The translations under genes and the position numbers were made by a program. This document shows, one piece after another, positions 1-10,205 of a stretch of 64,000 bases of DNA (positions are counted from its first letter, which is position 1; each line of letters begins with the position of its first letter). Origin of the DNA: an uncultured virus (IMG/VR IMGVR_UViG_3300024229_000001) (lineage: Duplodnaviria > Heunggongvirae > Uroviricota > Caudoviricetes); the IMG/VR virus record IMGVR_UViG_3300024229_000001, one strand, 5' to 3'. The notes beneath the pieces were generated by a model. The model saw only the letters and a program-made list of their open reading frames with translations. It did not search any database and was not told the DNA's origin.

Positions 1-1
1 T

Positions 2-1198
2 ATGTCATTCGTGAAAGATATGACTATTACATCTAGAGGAAAAGAGATTGAACCCCGTGATTATCAATTAAATGCTATTGAGCAAGGGTTAACTAATAAG
101 CGCAGTTTACTTATTTCGCCAACGGCATCAGGTAAATCACTTATCATTTATTCTCTTATTCGTTGGTATCTTAAAAATTACGATAAGAAAGTAATTATTG
201 TTGTTCCTACCACTTCACTAGTAGAACAGATGTACAAAGATTTTGGTGACTATTCTGAATTTGACGATGGCTTTGACGTAGAACAACTTTGTCATAAGAT
301 TTATTCTGGAAGGGAAAAGATTTTTGACCAAAAGATTGTTATCACAACTTGGCAATCTGTGTATAAAATGCCAGGACATTGGTTTGAAGATTATGGTATG
401 GTTATTGGTGATGAAGCACACACGTTCAAAGCAAAAAGCCTTACCTCTATTCTTTCAAAGTGTAGAGAAGCTGAGTTTAGATTTGGTACTACAGGTACTC
501 TTGATGGTACTAATACTCATAAACTTGTTCTTGAGGGCTACTTTGGACCTGCGTATTATGTGACTACAACAAAGAGTCTTATGGATGAAGGTTCTTTATC
601 TACTCTAGATATTTCTGTTCTATTGATGAAGTATTCTGATGCTGAATGTAAGCTTATAAATAAAGTTAAGTACCAAGAAGAAATAAACTTTCTTGTTGGT
701 CATGAAAAAAGAAATAGCTTTATTTCAAATCTAGCGCTTGATCAAGATGGTAATACATTAGTACTTTTCCAATTAGTGGAAAAACATGGTAAACCATTAT
801 ACGATATTATTAAGAGTAGAGCTCACCCAAGAAGAAAAATCTTTTTTGTTTCAGGCGCCACTGATGTAGATACAAGAGAGCAAGTCAGATCTATTACTGA
901 AAAAGAAAAGAATGCTATTATTGTTGCGAGTCTTGGCACTTTTTCTACTGGTATTAATATTCGCAATCTGCATAATATTGTATTTGCATCTCCATCAAAA
1001 TCTCAAATCAAAGTCCTACAATCAATTGGCCGCGGATTGAGAAAATCTGAAGATGGTAGAGATACAAAGCTTTATGATATTGCCGATGATCTACATTGGA
1101 AGAGTAATAAGAACTATACACTCAACCATGCAGCTGAACGAATTAAGATCTACACAAAAGAAAAATTCAAATATAAAATTTATGAGATAACTTTATGA
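2..1198 (+). CDS. uvsW: UvsW SF2 DNA/RNA-DNA helicase (probably 5'-truncated by the window edge)
   Basis: SPTASGKS Walker A, DEAH box, QSIGRGLR motif VI; T4-like synteny. Confidence 0.93.
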   Translation: MSFVKDMTITSRGKEIEPRDYQLNAIEQGLTNKRSLLISPTASGKSLIIYSLIRWYLKNYDKKVIIVVPTTSLVEQMYKDFGDYSEFDDGFDVEQLCHKIYSGREKIFDQKIVITTWQSVYKMPGHWFEDYGMVIGDEAHTFKAKSLTSILSKCREAEFRFGTTGTLDGTNTHKLVLEGYFGPAYYVTTTKSLMDEGSLSTLDISVLLMKYSDAECKLINKVKYQEEINFLVGHEKRNSFISNLALDQDGNTLVLFQLVEKHGKPLYDIIKSRAHPRRKIFFVSGATDVDTREQVRSITEKEKNAIIVASLGTFSTGINIRNLHNIVFASPSKSQIKVLQSIGRGLRKSEDGRDTKLYDIADDLHWKSNKNYTLNHAAERIKIYTKEKFKYKIYEITL

Positions 1199-1584
1199 TA
1201 GAAGAAAATGATTCTATAGAAGAAATGGATATTCAACATGTAAAGTTATCTGATGGTAGCGAAATTGTGACATATATAAATTCTACTGAAGGTGCTTCAA
1301 TTCTTGTTGAAAGACCTATGAATTTAAATCTTGTAACTGCTGCTAATGGATATGACACTTATTACTTTACAAAATATTTCCCATTTGCAAAAAACAATCT
1401 GGTCAAGTTAAACTCGCGAAATGTAATTTCTGCGAGTGAAGTAACTAGTGAAATTAAAGAAAAGTATATTCGAGCGGCTCTTCGGTCTGATAATACTAGT
1501 GATATAGATAATGGTATGGCAGACCTTGATGACGATGATATGGATCTAAATTTTATGGAATCACCATCTAAGAAGTTACATTAG
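1195..1584 (+). CDS. conserved T4-like hypothetical protein (possible Sm-like fold)
   Basis: ATGA overlap with uvsW; VKLSDGSEIV beta-rich N-terminus, acidic tail. Confidence 0.6.
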   Translation: MIEENDSIEEMDIQHVKLSDGSEIVTYINSTEGASILVERPMNLNLVTAANGYDTYYFTKYFPFAKNNLVKLNSRNVISASEVTSEIKEKYIRAALRSDNTSDIDNGMADLDDDDMDLNFMESPSKKLH

Positions 1585-1620
1585 AGATAGTATATCCCCC
1601 TCTCTCACCGGACTCTATTA

Positions 1621-1649
1621 ATTATACCACAGTTTTCCCAATCTGTAAA
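1621..1649 (-). promoter_or_regulatory. leftward sigma70-type early promoter, antisense to the uvsW operon
   Basis: Minus strand reads TTTACA-N17-TATAAT with TG extension. Confidence 0.7.
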
Positions 1650-1693
1650 CCCCTAAAATGCATTTTTATGAAAATAAATTCATAAAAAAGTAG

Positions 1694-1722
1694 TGTACAT
1701 TTCCTTAGAATTAGTTTATAAT
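1694..1722 (+). promoter_or_regulatory. early promoter for gp55
   Basis: TGTACA-N17-TATAAT. Confidence 0.75.
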
Positions 1723-1752
1723 ATAACTAATAATATATGCTAGGAGTATATC

Positions 1753-2337
1753 ATGGCTAAAATCAAACCAAAAGATAAACCACATTATGTCAACAATAGA
1801 GAATTCTCTTATAAAGTAGTTGAATACGTCTCATCAGTAAATAAAGCCCAAGAGGAAGGTCAAGCACTTCCAGTTGTTACTGATTATATTGCAACCTGTT
1901 TCCTTAAGATTGCCGAAGGCTTGTCTCACAAATCTAATTTTATTCGATACACTTACCGTGAAGAAATGGTAATGGACGCTGTTGAGAATTGTCTAAAAGC
2001 TATTATGAATTATAACATAGAAGCTGCAACTCGTACAGGTAATCCAAATGCCTTTGCGTACTTTACTCAAATCTGTTATTATGCATTTTTACGTCGCATT
2101 GCAAAAGAAAAGAAGCAACAAGACATTAAATTCAAATGGATTGAAAAAGCTTCTATTGATGACTTTATGCAAGCAGGCCTTGATGGAGATTCAGACACTG
2201 GTCGATATTTTGTAGATCAACTTCGTTCTCGTATTGATAAAGTAAAAGATACCGACACTCAGCTAAAAGAATTTGCAAAAGAAGAAAAGGTAAAAACTAA
2301 AAACGCTAAAGGTATTGAATTGTTTATGGGAGAATAA
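1753..2337 (+). CDS. gp55: late-transcription sigma factor gp55
   Basis: HYVNN, YTYREEMVMDAVENC, NAFAYFTQI motifs; upstream of gp47/46. Confidence 0.93.
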   Translation: MAKIKPKDKPHYVNNREFSYKVVEYVSSVNKAQEEGQALPVVTDYIATCFLKIAEGLSHKSNFIRYTYREEMVMDAVENCLKAIMNYNIEAATRTGNPNAFAYFTQICYYAFLRRIAKEKKQQDIKFKWIEKASIDDFMQAGLDGDSDTGRYFVDQLRSRIDKVKDTDTQLKEFAKEEKVKTKNAKGIELFMGE

Positions 2338-2338
2338 T

Positions 2339-2506
2339 ATGGGACTTAAAGCCAAGTTTATAAGCTTTTGTGAGTTGCAAAAAGCAGCAAATCTTGAGAG
2401 AAGCTTAAAAGGCCACGAACACCGAGATACTATTAAAGCATATGAAAGAGCTAATAAGCTCAAACGTGAAATCCTTGAGGGACTAGATGAAAATAGCAAT
2501 CATTAA
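2339..2506 (+). CDS. small hypothetical protein
   Basis: ATG at 2339 after GGAG; fills the gap between gp55 and gp47. Confidence 0.5.
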   Translation: MGLKAKFISFCELQKAANLERSLKGHEHRDTIKAYERANKLKREILEGLDENSNH

Positions 2507-3548
2507 TGATACCCATTGCGGTATTCGCAATTCATCAGAAATCTTTTTAAATTACCAAGAAAAATTTTATAAAGATGTATTTTTTCCATATTTGAAAGAG
2601 CATGGAATTAATCAAATTCTGCACCTAGGTGATTATTATGACCACCGCAAATTTATCAATTTCAAAGCACAAAATTCAAATCGTAAAACTTTCTTAGATG
2701 TACTTAAGAAAGAAGGTATTCATATGGATATTATTCCAGGAAACCACGATGTGTTCTATAAGAATACTAATGATTTGACTTCTTTGAAAGAACTTCTGGG
2801 TTACTATACATCAAACGTAAATATTATTATGAAGCCAAAAGTGCTTGATTATGATGGTTTGAATATTGCTGTAGTCCCTTGGATTAACTCAGAAAACTAT
2901 GCAGAATCAATCGACTTTATTAAGAAGTGTAATGCACCAATTCTTGGCGCTCATTTGGAATTGATTGGCTTTGATATGATGAAAGGTATGCCAAATACTC
3001 ATGGTATGACTTCTGAAATCTTTGAACGTTTTGAATTAGTAATGTCTGGCCACTTCCATACAAAGTCAAACCAAGGGCATATTCACTACCTTGGCACTCA
3101 AATGGAGTTTACTTGGTCCGATTGTAATGACCCTAAGTTCTTCCATATTCTTGATACTGAAACTCGTGAACTTACTCCAATTCGTAACCCATATACTATT
3201 TTTGAAAAAGTGTTTTACAATGATGAAAAAATAGATTATAATAATTATGATACGTCAAATTTAAAAGATAAGTTTGTAAAAGTTGTGGTAGTCAAAAAGA
3301 CTGATCCATTTATGTTTGATAGATTTGTTGATCGTATCCAAAATGAAGATATTCATGAACTAAAAATTGCTGAAACATTTGAAGAGTTTACTGGTGATAA
3401 TGTTGAAGATGAGTCTGTATCAGTAGAAGATACTACTGAACTTTTGGATTCATATGTTGAAGCTGTTGAAACAGATCTTGATAAAGGTCGTATTAAAAAC
3501 TTAATGAGAACGCTGTACGTCGAAGCACAAAGTATGGAAATCGTATGA
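2487..3548 (+). CDS. gp47: recombination endonuclease subunit gp47 (Mre11/SbcD-like)
   Basis: DTH, GD, GNHD, GHFH metallophosphoesterase motifs. Confidence 0.93.
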   Translation: MKIAIINDTHCGIRNSSEIFLNYQEKFYKDVFFPYLKEHGINQILHLGDYYDHRKFINFKAQNSNRKTFLDVLKKEGIHMDIIPGNHDVFYKNTNDLTSLKELLGYYTSNVNIIMKPKVLDYDGLNIAVVPWINSENYAESIDFIKKCNAPILGAHLELIGFDMMKGMPNTHGMTSEIFERFELVMSGHFHTKSNQGHIHYLGTQMEFTWSDCNDPKFFHILDTETRELTPIRNPYTIFEKVFYNDEKIDYNNYDTSNLKDKFVKVVVVKKTDPFMFDRFVDRIQNEDIHELKIAETFEEFTGDNVEDESVSVEDTTELLDSYVEAVETDLDKGRIKNLMRTLYVEAQSMEIV

Positions 3549-5266
3549 TTGTTTTTGAAAAAATCCGTTGGAAAAACTTTCTGTCAACTGGCAATGACTT
3601 TACAGAAGTCCAATTAGATAGATCACCTACTACACTAATCGTAGGCCAAAATGGCGCAGGAAAGAGTACTCTTCTTGATGCTCTTTCCTTTGCTTTGTTT
3701 GGTAAACCACATCGCAACATTAACAAACCACAACTAGTAAATACCATCAATGGTAAGAATACTGAGGTTGAAGTTAACTTTACGATTGGTTCTCATACAT
3801 TTGCAGTAAAGCGTGGTATCAAACCAACTAAGTTTGAGATCTGGCAAAACGGTAATATGATTAATCAATCATCAGCCGCTAAAGACTATCAAAAGTTTTT
3901 AGAGCAAAATATTCTAAAGTTGAACCATAAATCATTTCACCAAATTGTTGTACTTGGTTCATCTTCATTTATCCCATTTATGCAACTACCAGCAGGCCAC
4001 CGTAGAGACGTAATTGAAGATCTATTAGACATTGGTGTATTTTCTAAAATGAATTTAATCCTTCGTGAAAAGGATTCAAAACTTAAAGAAGAAATTGGCA
4101 ATATTACATACGAATATGATTTGAATAAAGAAAAGATTTCTCTTCAAAAGAAATATATTCGTGATATTACGGAGTTGAATGATGAGCAAATTGAAAAGAA
4201 AACTGCCCAGATTGATACCAATCAGGACGAGATCGAAGAATTCAATATGGTCAACAACAACTTATCCCAAGAAATCGAAAGTCTTCAAGAAGGCCTTGCT
4301 GAAAGTCTTAAAACCAACCACGATAAAAAGCAAAGCCTCTCTCAATTCAAATTTCAATTCCAATCAAAAATCAAAGAGGTTGTTAAAGACGCAAAGTTCT
4401 ACGAAGAAAATGATGTTTGTCCAACATGTTCCCAAGGTATTGGTGATGATCTCAGACACAAAAAATTGTCCAATGCCAAGTCCAAAGCCCAAGAACTTAA
4501 CACGGCAATTTCTGATGCATCTGAACAGTCAACTATTGTGGAACAGGCTATTGAGCGGCTCAATATCACTGCAGAGCAGGTCAGAGAGAAGACAGCATCT
4601 ATATCAACTAACAATTCTACAATCGCCGGGCTCCAAAGACAAATACACAATCTTGAGACTGAGATAGATTCACTAAGAGGTTCTACAGGAGATTTATCAA
4701 AAGCTAATTCTGAACTATCAGAACTACAAGAATCTCGTAATGTTTTATCTGAAGAAAAGCTAAAGTTGATTGATACTAAATCATATAACCAAGCTGCGTC
4801 AGAAATGCTAAAAGATACTGGTATTAAGACAAAAGTAATTAAACAGTATTTACCTGTTATGAATAACTTAGTGAATAAATATCTTCAGGTACTTGACTTC
4901 TTTGTAAAGTTTGAGCTAGATGAAAGTTTTAATGAAACAATCAAATCCCGCCATAGAGACTCATTCAATTATGCGAGCTTTAGTGAAGGCGAAAAACAAA
5001 GGATTGATTTGGCCTTACTCTTCACGTGGCGTCAAATTGCTAGAATGAAAAACTCAACATCTACGAATTTGCTAATTCTAGATGAAACATTTGATTCGTC
5101 TCTAGATCATGATGGTATTGATAACCTAATGAAGATCCTTTATACTCTAGATGATCAAGCAACAAACGTATTTGTTATTTCACACAAGGGTGATCTATTA
5201 GATGGTAAGTTTAGAAGTAAGATTGAATTTGTTAAAGAACACAACTTTAGTAAGGTAAAAGTATGA
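3545..5266 (+). CDS. gp46: recombination ATPase gp46 (Rad50/SbcC-like)
   Basis: GQNGAGKS, CPTC hook, FSEGE signature, LILDE. Confidence 0.95.
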   Translation: MIVFEKIRWKNFLSTGNDFTEVQLDRSPTTLIVGQNGAGKSTLLDALSFALFGKPHRNINKPQLVNTINGKNTEVEVNFTIGSHTFAVKRGIKPTKFEIWQNGNMINQSSAAKDYQKFLEQNILKLNHKSFHQIVVLGSSSFIPFMQLPAGHRRDVIEDLLDIGVFSKMNLILREKDSKLKEEIGNITYEYDLNKEKISLQKKYIRDITELNDEQIEKKTAQIDTNQDEIEEFNMVNNNLSQEIESLQEGLAESLKTNHDKKQSLSQFKFQFQSKIKEVVKDAKFYEENDVCPTCSQGIGDDLRHKKLSNAKSKAQELNTAISDASEQSTIVEQAIERLNITAEQVREKTASISTNNSTIAGLQRQIHNLETEIDSLRGSTGDLSKANSELSELQESRNVLSEEKLKLIDTKSYNQAASEMLKDTGIKTKVIKQYLPVMNNLVNKYLQVLDFFVKFELDESFNETIKSRHRDSFNYASFSEGEKQRIDLALLFTWRQIARMKNSTSTNLLILDETFDSSLDHDGIDNLMKILYTLDDQATNVFVISHKGDLLDGKFRSKIEFVKEHNFSKVKV

Positions 5267-5826
5267 TTGAAAACTATGACTTTCCAGAAGGATCTTATAG
5301 ATCAATAGTTCATTTGATAAATTTTATGAACTACAAAATTGGATGTGAGGTTGGAGTCTATAGAGGATTAAGTTTATTGAATCTCGCCCAACATTGTAGC
5401 TCTATTGAAAAAATGTATGCTATTGATAATTGGAAACCTCATACTGATTATAAATATGATGAAAATGGACAAGTTTATGACATTAAGGATATAGAATTAT
5501 CGAAAACTATTTTTGAGCATAATCTTAAATATTCAGGAGTCGATAGCAAAATAGAAGTTATCGAAAAAGATTCTGAAATTGCTAGTAAAGACTTTGAAAA
5601 TAGCTACTTCGATTTTATTTGCCTAGATTGCTATTCTAATTCAGAAGAAATAACAGATAATATTAAATATTGGTGGCCGAAAGTTAAAAGCGGAGGACTA
5701 CTTATAGGTCATGATTCTCAGACAGAAATGGTAAGAAGCGTAGTGATTGCCTCTTACAATGACGGGATTTTAAAGTCTGGTACTGGCCTTAGTGAATACG
5801 ATAATGTATGGATTGTAAAAAAATGA
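5263..5826 (+). CDS. class I SAM-dependent methyltransferase (Methyltransf_24-like)
   Basis: EVGVYRG motif I, FDFICLD, KSGGLLIGHD. Confidence 0.75.
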   Translation: MIENYDFPEGSYRSIVHLINFMNYKIGCEVGVYRGLSLLNLAQHCSSIEKMYAIDNWKPHTDYKYDENGQVYDIKDIELSKTIFEHNLKYSGVDSKIEVIEKDSEIASKDFENSYFDFICLDCYSNSEEITDNIKYWWPKVKSGGLLIGHDSQTEMVRSVVIASYNDGILKSGTGLSEYDNVWIVKK

Positions 5827-6326
5827 ATTTAGCTGAATATAATAACCCATTACTAACTTCGCCTTTGGAGTTTATTGAAACTCCAAGTAAAGATCTTGAA
5901 GGTTTGAAAGAGCTTTCCAAGCAAATGTATCAGCTTGTCGCACAGTTTGGCGGAGCTGGATTATCTGCTAATCAGATTGGTATTAATAAACGAATGTTTG
6001 TTGTAAAATACGGTGAGTACGAACAAACATTTATTAATCCAAAAATTACTTGGTTCTCAGATAAGAATATTGTTTTGGAAGAAGGATGTCTAACCTTTCC
6101 AGGAGTATTCATTGGTGTAAAAAGACCTGATGCCTGTAGAGTAACATTTATGGATGCTGATGGAAATGAGCACGAAGAAATGCTTTTCACTGGGATTTCT
6201 AATAGAATCATTCAACATGAGTACGATCATATGGAAGGTAAGTTCTATTACGATCATATTTCTAAGCTTCAAATGGGACGCTTAAAGAAAAAAATGAAAA
6301 AAAAATTAGACATCGATCTTAAGTAA
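5823..6326 (+). CDS. def: peptide deformylase
   Basis: GLSANQIG, EGCLT, QHEYDH motifs. Confidence 0.93.
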   Translation: MNLAEYNNPLLTSPLEFIETPSKDLEGLKELSKQMYQLVAQFGGAGLSANQIGINKRMFVVKYGEYEQTFINPKITWFSDKNIVLEEGCLTFPGVFIGVKRPDACRVTFMDADGNEHEEMLFTGISNRIIQHEYDHMEGKFYYDHISKLQMGRLKKKMKKKLDIDLK

Positions 6327-6370
6327 TTGATTTCTAAGGAAATCTTTTTTCATAAAAGTGAAAATAATTG

Positions 6371-6399
6371 TGTACATTTGCTTCTTGTTATGGTAGAAT
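6371..6399 (+). promoter_or_regulatory. early promoter (copy 1 of a duplicated cassette)
   Basis: TGTACA-N17-TAGAAT. Confidence 0.75.
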
Positions 6400-6423
6400 A
6401 TACTTAACAAATGGAGAAATGGC

Positions 6424-8493
6424 ATGGCTAAACAATCTAAATCTATCTTAGCAAAGCTGCTGGCTAATGAAAATATTGATGTTCAATATGGCAATTACAA
6501 GACAGCTTTCTTTGACGTTGAAAAGCGTGTTCTTGGTCTTCCACTCTGGAAAGACGTTTCTAAAAATCTTACTGATCTTTTAATTGGCCATGAAGTTGGC
6601 CATGCGCTTTATACTCCTGCCGATGGATGGCATGACTCTGCAACTACTATTCCTGGTTGCCCTCGCGCATATGTAAATGTTGTAGAAGATATTCGTATTG
6701 AGAAAAAAATCCAATTCAAGTATCCTGGCCTTGTTCGCTGTTTCAAGCTTGGCTATAAAGATCTTTTTGATAAAAACTTCTTTGGTACAAAAGATCGTGT
6801 TATCGAATCATATTCCTTGATTGATCGGATTAACATTAAAGCAAAGCTTCGTGATTTGATTGAAGTCCCTTTCTCTTCTAAAGAGCAACCATTAGTTGAT
6901 ATGGCATTCAAAGTAGATACTTGGGAAGATGTTATTGAAGCATGTAAAGCTTTATATGAATATATGAAAGAAAACGCAGAGGGACAGAAAAATGAGAATG
7001 ATTCGCAAAATGAGCAACTCGATCAGAATGAAGATCTTGGAGATACGAGGGATGATCTACCTATGGCAGGCGAACAGAGCTCTGACGAAGATGGAGAAGA
7101 AACTAAAGCTTCCCAAGGATTGGAACCAGAAGAAAAATCAGAAGACAAAATAGAAGAAAGCTCATCTGCTGAAGCTAATGGTGGTGATACTTCTCCTGAA
7201 AATGTAGAAACTGATGAAATCTTTCGTTCGATGGAAGGTGAGTTGCTTGAGCAAGACGCACATGGTCGTCAACCAGTTTATATGAAGCATATTACTCGTC
7301 GTCAATTCAAAGATATGCTATTCACATACAATGATGTTTTATTGTCTCGAGCTATCAAAGGTAGCAATATTGAAGTTGAAGAAAAAGACTATAAAGATTT
7401 TATTGATGAGACTAAAAAAGTAACTAATCTTCTCGCAAAAGAATTTGAAATGCGTAAAGCAGCATTTCGTACTCGTCGCGCTCAATCAGCTCGTTCAGGT
7501 TCTTTAGATGTAAATAAGCTTTATAACTATAAATTTACTGATGACATCTTTGCCCGTGTAACTAATCTTGCAGATTCAAAATCGCATGGTATGGTTATGA
7601 TGATTGATTTCTCTGGTTCTATGGGAGACATCATGGGTGGAACATTAAAGCAGGTTTTAAACCTTTCAATGTTTTGCAAAAAGGTAAATATTCCTTTTGA
7701 AGTTTATGGTTTTACTGGTGGTGATTCTGCTGGTAGACAATATTCTTATGTGGGTGAAGCTGAAGTAGATCACCGTGACCAGCGTGTATTTGAATTGCTT
7801 TCTTCTAAAATGAAAAAGGTAGTTTATGAAGATGCATTCAAAACTTTGTGGAAACGCTCTCTTGATAGTTACAGCTGGAGAACTCCATCTACTGTAGAAG
7901 AGTGGGGTGGAACTCCATTAAACGAAACTTTGATGGCTTCTAGATATATTATTGAAGATTTTAAAGCTAAAAACCCAGTACAAAAAGTAAATTTTGTACT
8001 TCTCTCAGATGGTGATGGCCATAACGTTCGAGTAAATACTTCAGAATATGTACGTTATAACTATGAAGCTATTATCGATATTAAAGGTAAACTACATAAA
8101 GTAGCTCGACGTTCTAGTGCAGTAACGTCCTTCTTGCTAAATCAACTTCAAAATATGGATGTTACTACAGTTGGCTTTTTCCTTGCTCAACGAGCATATG
8201 ACTTCAATGGAGCCGTTTGGAAAAATTCTGATAGTCACGTTAGTAGCGAAAAATTAAAAGAGCTTCGTAAAAAATACAATAAACAAAAGTTCTTGAATAT
8301 GGATAATGTATCAGGTTTCAATCGTTACTTTGTAGTCAAATCAGATCGTAAATCTATTGACACAGATAATGAAGAACTTGAGATTGATCAAAATGCCTCA
8401 AAGGCTCAGATTGCCAAAGCTTTCAAGAAGTACTCTTCTTCTAAGAAAGGCAATCGGGTTCTATCAGCAAAATTTGCAGAAATAATTGCATAA
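6424..8493 (+). CDS. HExxH metallopeptidase-like + VWA domain protein (CobT-like partner of the AAA ATPase)
   Basis: HEVGH, acidic linker, DFSGS MIDAS, GGTPL, LSDG. Confidence 0.8.
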   Translation: MAKQSKSILAKLLANENIDVQYGNYKTAFFDVEKRVLGLPLWKDVSKNLTDLLIGHEVGHALYTPADGWHDSATTIPGCPRAYVNVVEDIRIEKKIQFKYPGLVRCFKLGYKDLFDKNFFGTKDRVIESYSLIDRINIKAKLRDLIEVPFSSKEQPLVDMAFKVDTWEDVIEACKALYEYMKENAEGQKNENDSQNEQLDQNEDLGDTRDDLPMAGEQSSDEDGEETKASQGLEPEEKSEDKIEESSSAEANGGDTSPENVETDEIFRSMEGELLEQDAHGRQPVYMKHITRRQFKDMLFTYNDVLLSRAIKGSNIEVEEKDYKDFIDETKKVTNLLAKEFEMRKAAFRTRRAQSARSGSLDVNKLYNYKFTDDIFARVTNLADSKSHGMVMMIDFSGSMGDIMGGTLKQVLNLSMFCKKVNIPFEVYGFTGGDSAGRQYSYVGEAEVDHRDQRVFELLSSKMKKVVYEDAFKTLWKRSLDSYSWRTPSTVEEWGGTPLNETLMASRYIIEDFKAKNPVQKVNFVLLSDGDGHNVRVNTSEYVRYNYEAIIDIKGKLHKVARRSSAVTSFLLNQLQNMDVTTVGFFLAQRAYDFNGAVWKNSDSHVSSEKLKELRKKYNKQKFLNMDNVSGFNRYFVVKSDRKSIDTDNEELEIDQNASKAQIAKAFKKYSSSKKGNRVLSAKFAEIIA

Positions 8494-8508
8494 AAGTGAA
8501 AATAACTG

Positions 8509-8537
8509 TGTACATTCACTGAGAAGTATGGTAGAAT
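8509..8537 (+). promoter_or_regulatory. early promoter (copy 2)
   Basis: TGTACA-N17-TAGAAT, flanks near-identical to 6351-6406. Confidence 0.75.
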
Positions 8538-8572
8538 ATACTTATAAATGATGATGATGTGGAGACTATATT

Positions 8573-9709
8573 ATGATTAATGAACGTGAACTTCTGGTAG
8601 AACTGACTCGCCAATACCCTAACCGCACTGACTTCAAACCTGATGAAGTTATTGAAGTTGGTAAATCTCTTGGTATGAAAGCTAGCCCAGTTTATAAATA
8701 CATTACGTCGCAACCAAAGGTAAAGCGTGGTGTTTATAGCCTTACTGCGCAAGTTGTCCCTTTCAAACAAGAAGAGGTGAATAAACCTATGGCATCAGTT
8801 TCTTCTGTTGTTAACGACGAAGTTTTTGTCCCTCAAAAAGAAGATACATATGTTGTCTGGGGTAACTTCAAGGATGTAGAAAAAATCATCCAATCTCGAA
8901 TTTTCTATCCAACTTATATTACTGGTCTTTCCGGTAATGGTAAAACCATGATGGCAGAGCAAGCTTGTGCTCGAGCTAATCGTGAATATGTACGAGTTCA
9001 AATAACTCCTGAGACAGATGAAGATGATCTGATCGGTGGATTCCGCCTCGTTGACGGTGAAACAGTTTTTGCAAAAGGACCAGTCATCAAAGCAATGGAA
9101 CGTGGCGCCATTCTCCTCATCGATGAAATCGATCGTGGATCAAATAAGATCATGTGTCTACAAGGAGTGCTCGAGGGTAAACCCGTTCTCATCAAGAAAA
9201 CTGGTGAGGTCGTTTCTCCTTCAAACGGGTTTAATGTGATTGCTACAGCGAACACCAAAGGTAAAGGCTCAGATGACGGTCGCTTTATTGCTGCGACTAT
9301 TATCGATGAAGCCTTCCTTGAGCGCTTTACAATTACCCTCGAGCAACCTTATCCTTCAGCTGCAATTGAACGCAAAATTGTTATGAAGCACATGGAAAAA
9401 TATAGTTGTGTTGATAAAGAATTTGCAGAGTTGCTTACTGTATGGAGTGAAACAATTCGCAAAACTTTTGAAGATGGTGGTGTAGATGAAATTGTTTCTA
9501 CACGGCGTCTTTGCCATATTGTTCAAAGCTTTTCAATCTTCAATGATCGTCAAAAAGCAATTGAACTTTGTGTAAATCGTTTTGACGAAGATACTAAAGA
9601 GGCCTTCATTGATTTATATACGAAGGTTGATGTTCAACCCACTATTGAAGAAACACTTGGAACAGATGTTTCTTTAGATGAAATTTTACTGGATGCTATA
9701 AATGATTGA
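8573..9709 (+). CDS. cobS: MoxR/CobS-like AAA+ ATPase
   Basis: GLSGNGKT, LLIDEID, TANTKG, STRRL. Confidence 0.88.
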   Translation: MINERELLVELTRQYPNRTDFKPDEVIEVGKSLGMKASPVYKYITSQPKVKRGVYSLTAQVVPFKQEEVNKPMASVSSVVNDEVFVPQKEDTYVVWGNFKDVEKIIQSRIFYPTYITGLSGNGKTMMAEQACARANREYVRVQITPETDEDDLIGGFRLVDGETVFAKGPVIKAMERGAILLIDEIDRGSNKIMCLQGVLEGKPVLIKKTGEVVSPSNGFNVIATANTKGKGSDDGRFIAATIIDEAFLERFTITLEQPYPSAAIERKIVMKHMEKYSCVDKEFAELLTVWSETIRKTFEDGGVDEIVSTRRLCHIVQSFSIFNDRQKAIELCVNRFDEDTKEAFIDLYTKVDVQPTIEETLGTDVSLDEILLDAIND

Positions 9710-10205
9710 TTATAAATTTAACGAACGTAATTTGATTGAAGAATTTCAGTCGTATATTGACTCTACATATAAGGGTCATTATGCCACTAATAAATTTCAA
9801 TCTACTGAAGTAATTATTGAACGTGGTCATGGTACTGGTTTTTGTATGGGCAACGTCGATAAGTATTCAAACCGATATGGTAAAAAAGGCTCTCGTGAAG
9901 ATGCTCGAAAAGATCTGATGAAGGTTCTTCATTATGCTCTTATCCAATTATACATCCATGATACTGAAACTGCAAAAGAGCAAACATTAGATATTCCTGA
10001 TGATCTAACAATTGATTTGACAAATAGTGATAATATTTCACTTTCAGGTATGTACAATGTTGATAATATAGGTTATAATAATATAGATAGCGTTACTGTA
10101 GATCTTGATAGTGTGACTACATTGACTTATGGAAACTCAATTGATGATGCTACTCCAGAAGAGTGGGATCGTGTATCTAAAAAACATATGGGAAATAAAA
10201 AATGA
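9702..10205 (+). CDS. conserved T4-like protein (DUF3310/nucleotide kinase-like) with C-terminal extension
   Basis: HY...GFCMGNVDKY..RYGKK...DLMK pattern. Confidence 0.6.
   Translation: MIDYKFNERNLIEEFQSYIDSTYKGHYATNKFQSTEVIIERGHGTGFCMGNVDKYSNRYGKKGSREDARKDLMKVLHYALIQLYIHDTETAKEQTLDIPDDLTIDLTNSDNISLSGMYNVDNIGYNNIDSVTVDLDSVTTLTYGNSIDDATPEEWDRVSKKHMGNKK
10051..10079 (+). promoter_or_regulatory. early promoter embedded in a CDS, upstream of gp45
   Basis: TGTACA-N17-TATAAT. Confidence 0.65.

Noticed and set aside
4179..4667. Alternative-frame and antisense ORFs inside core genes (e.g. 4179, 21704, 47405, 59212)
   Set aside because: No RBS or recognisable motifs; consistent with shadow ORFs
8573..9709. 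Cobalamin biosynthesis role for the cobS-like gene
   Set aside because: No cobN or other cob genes; better read as a generic MoxR-type chaperone
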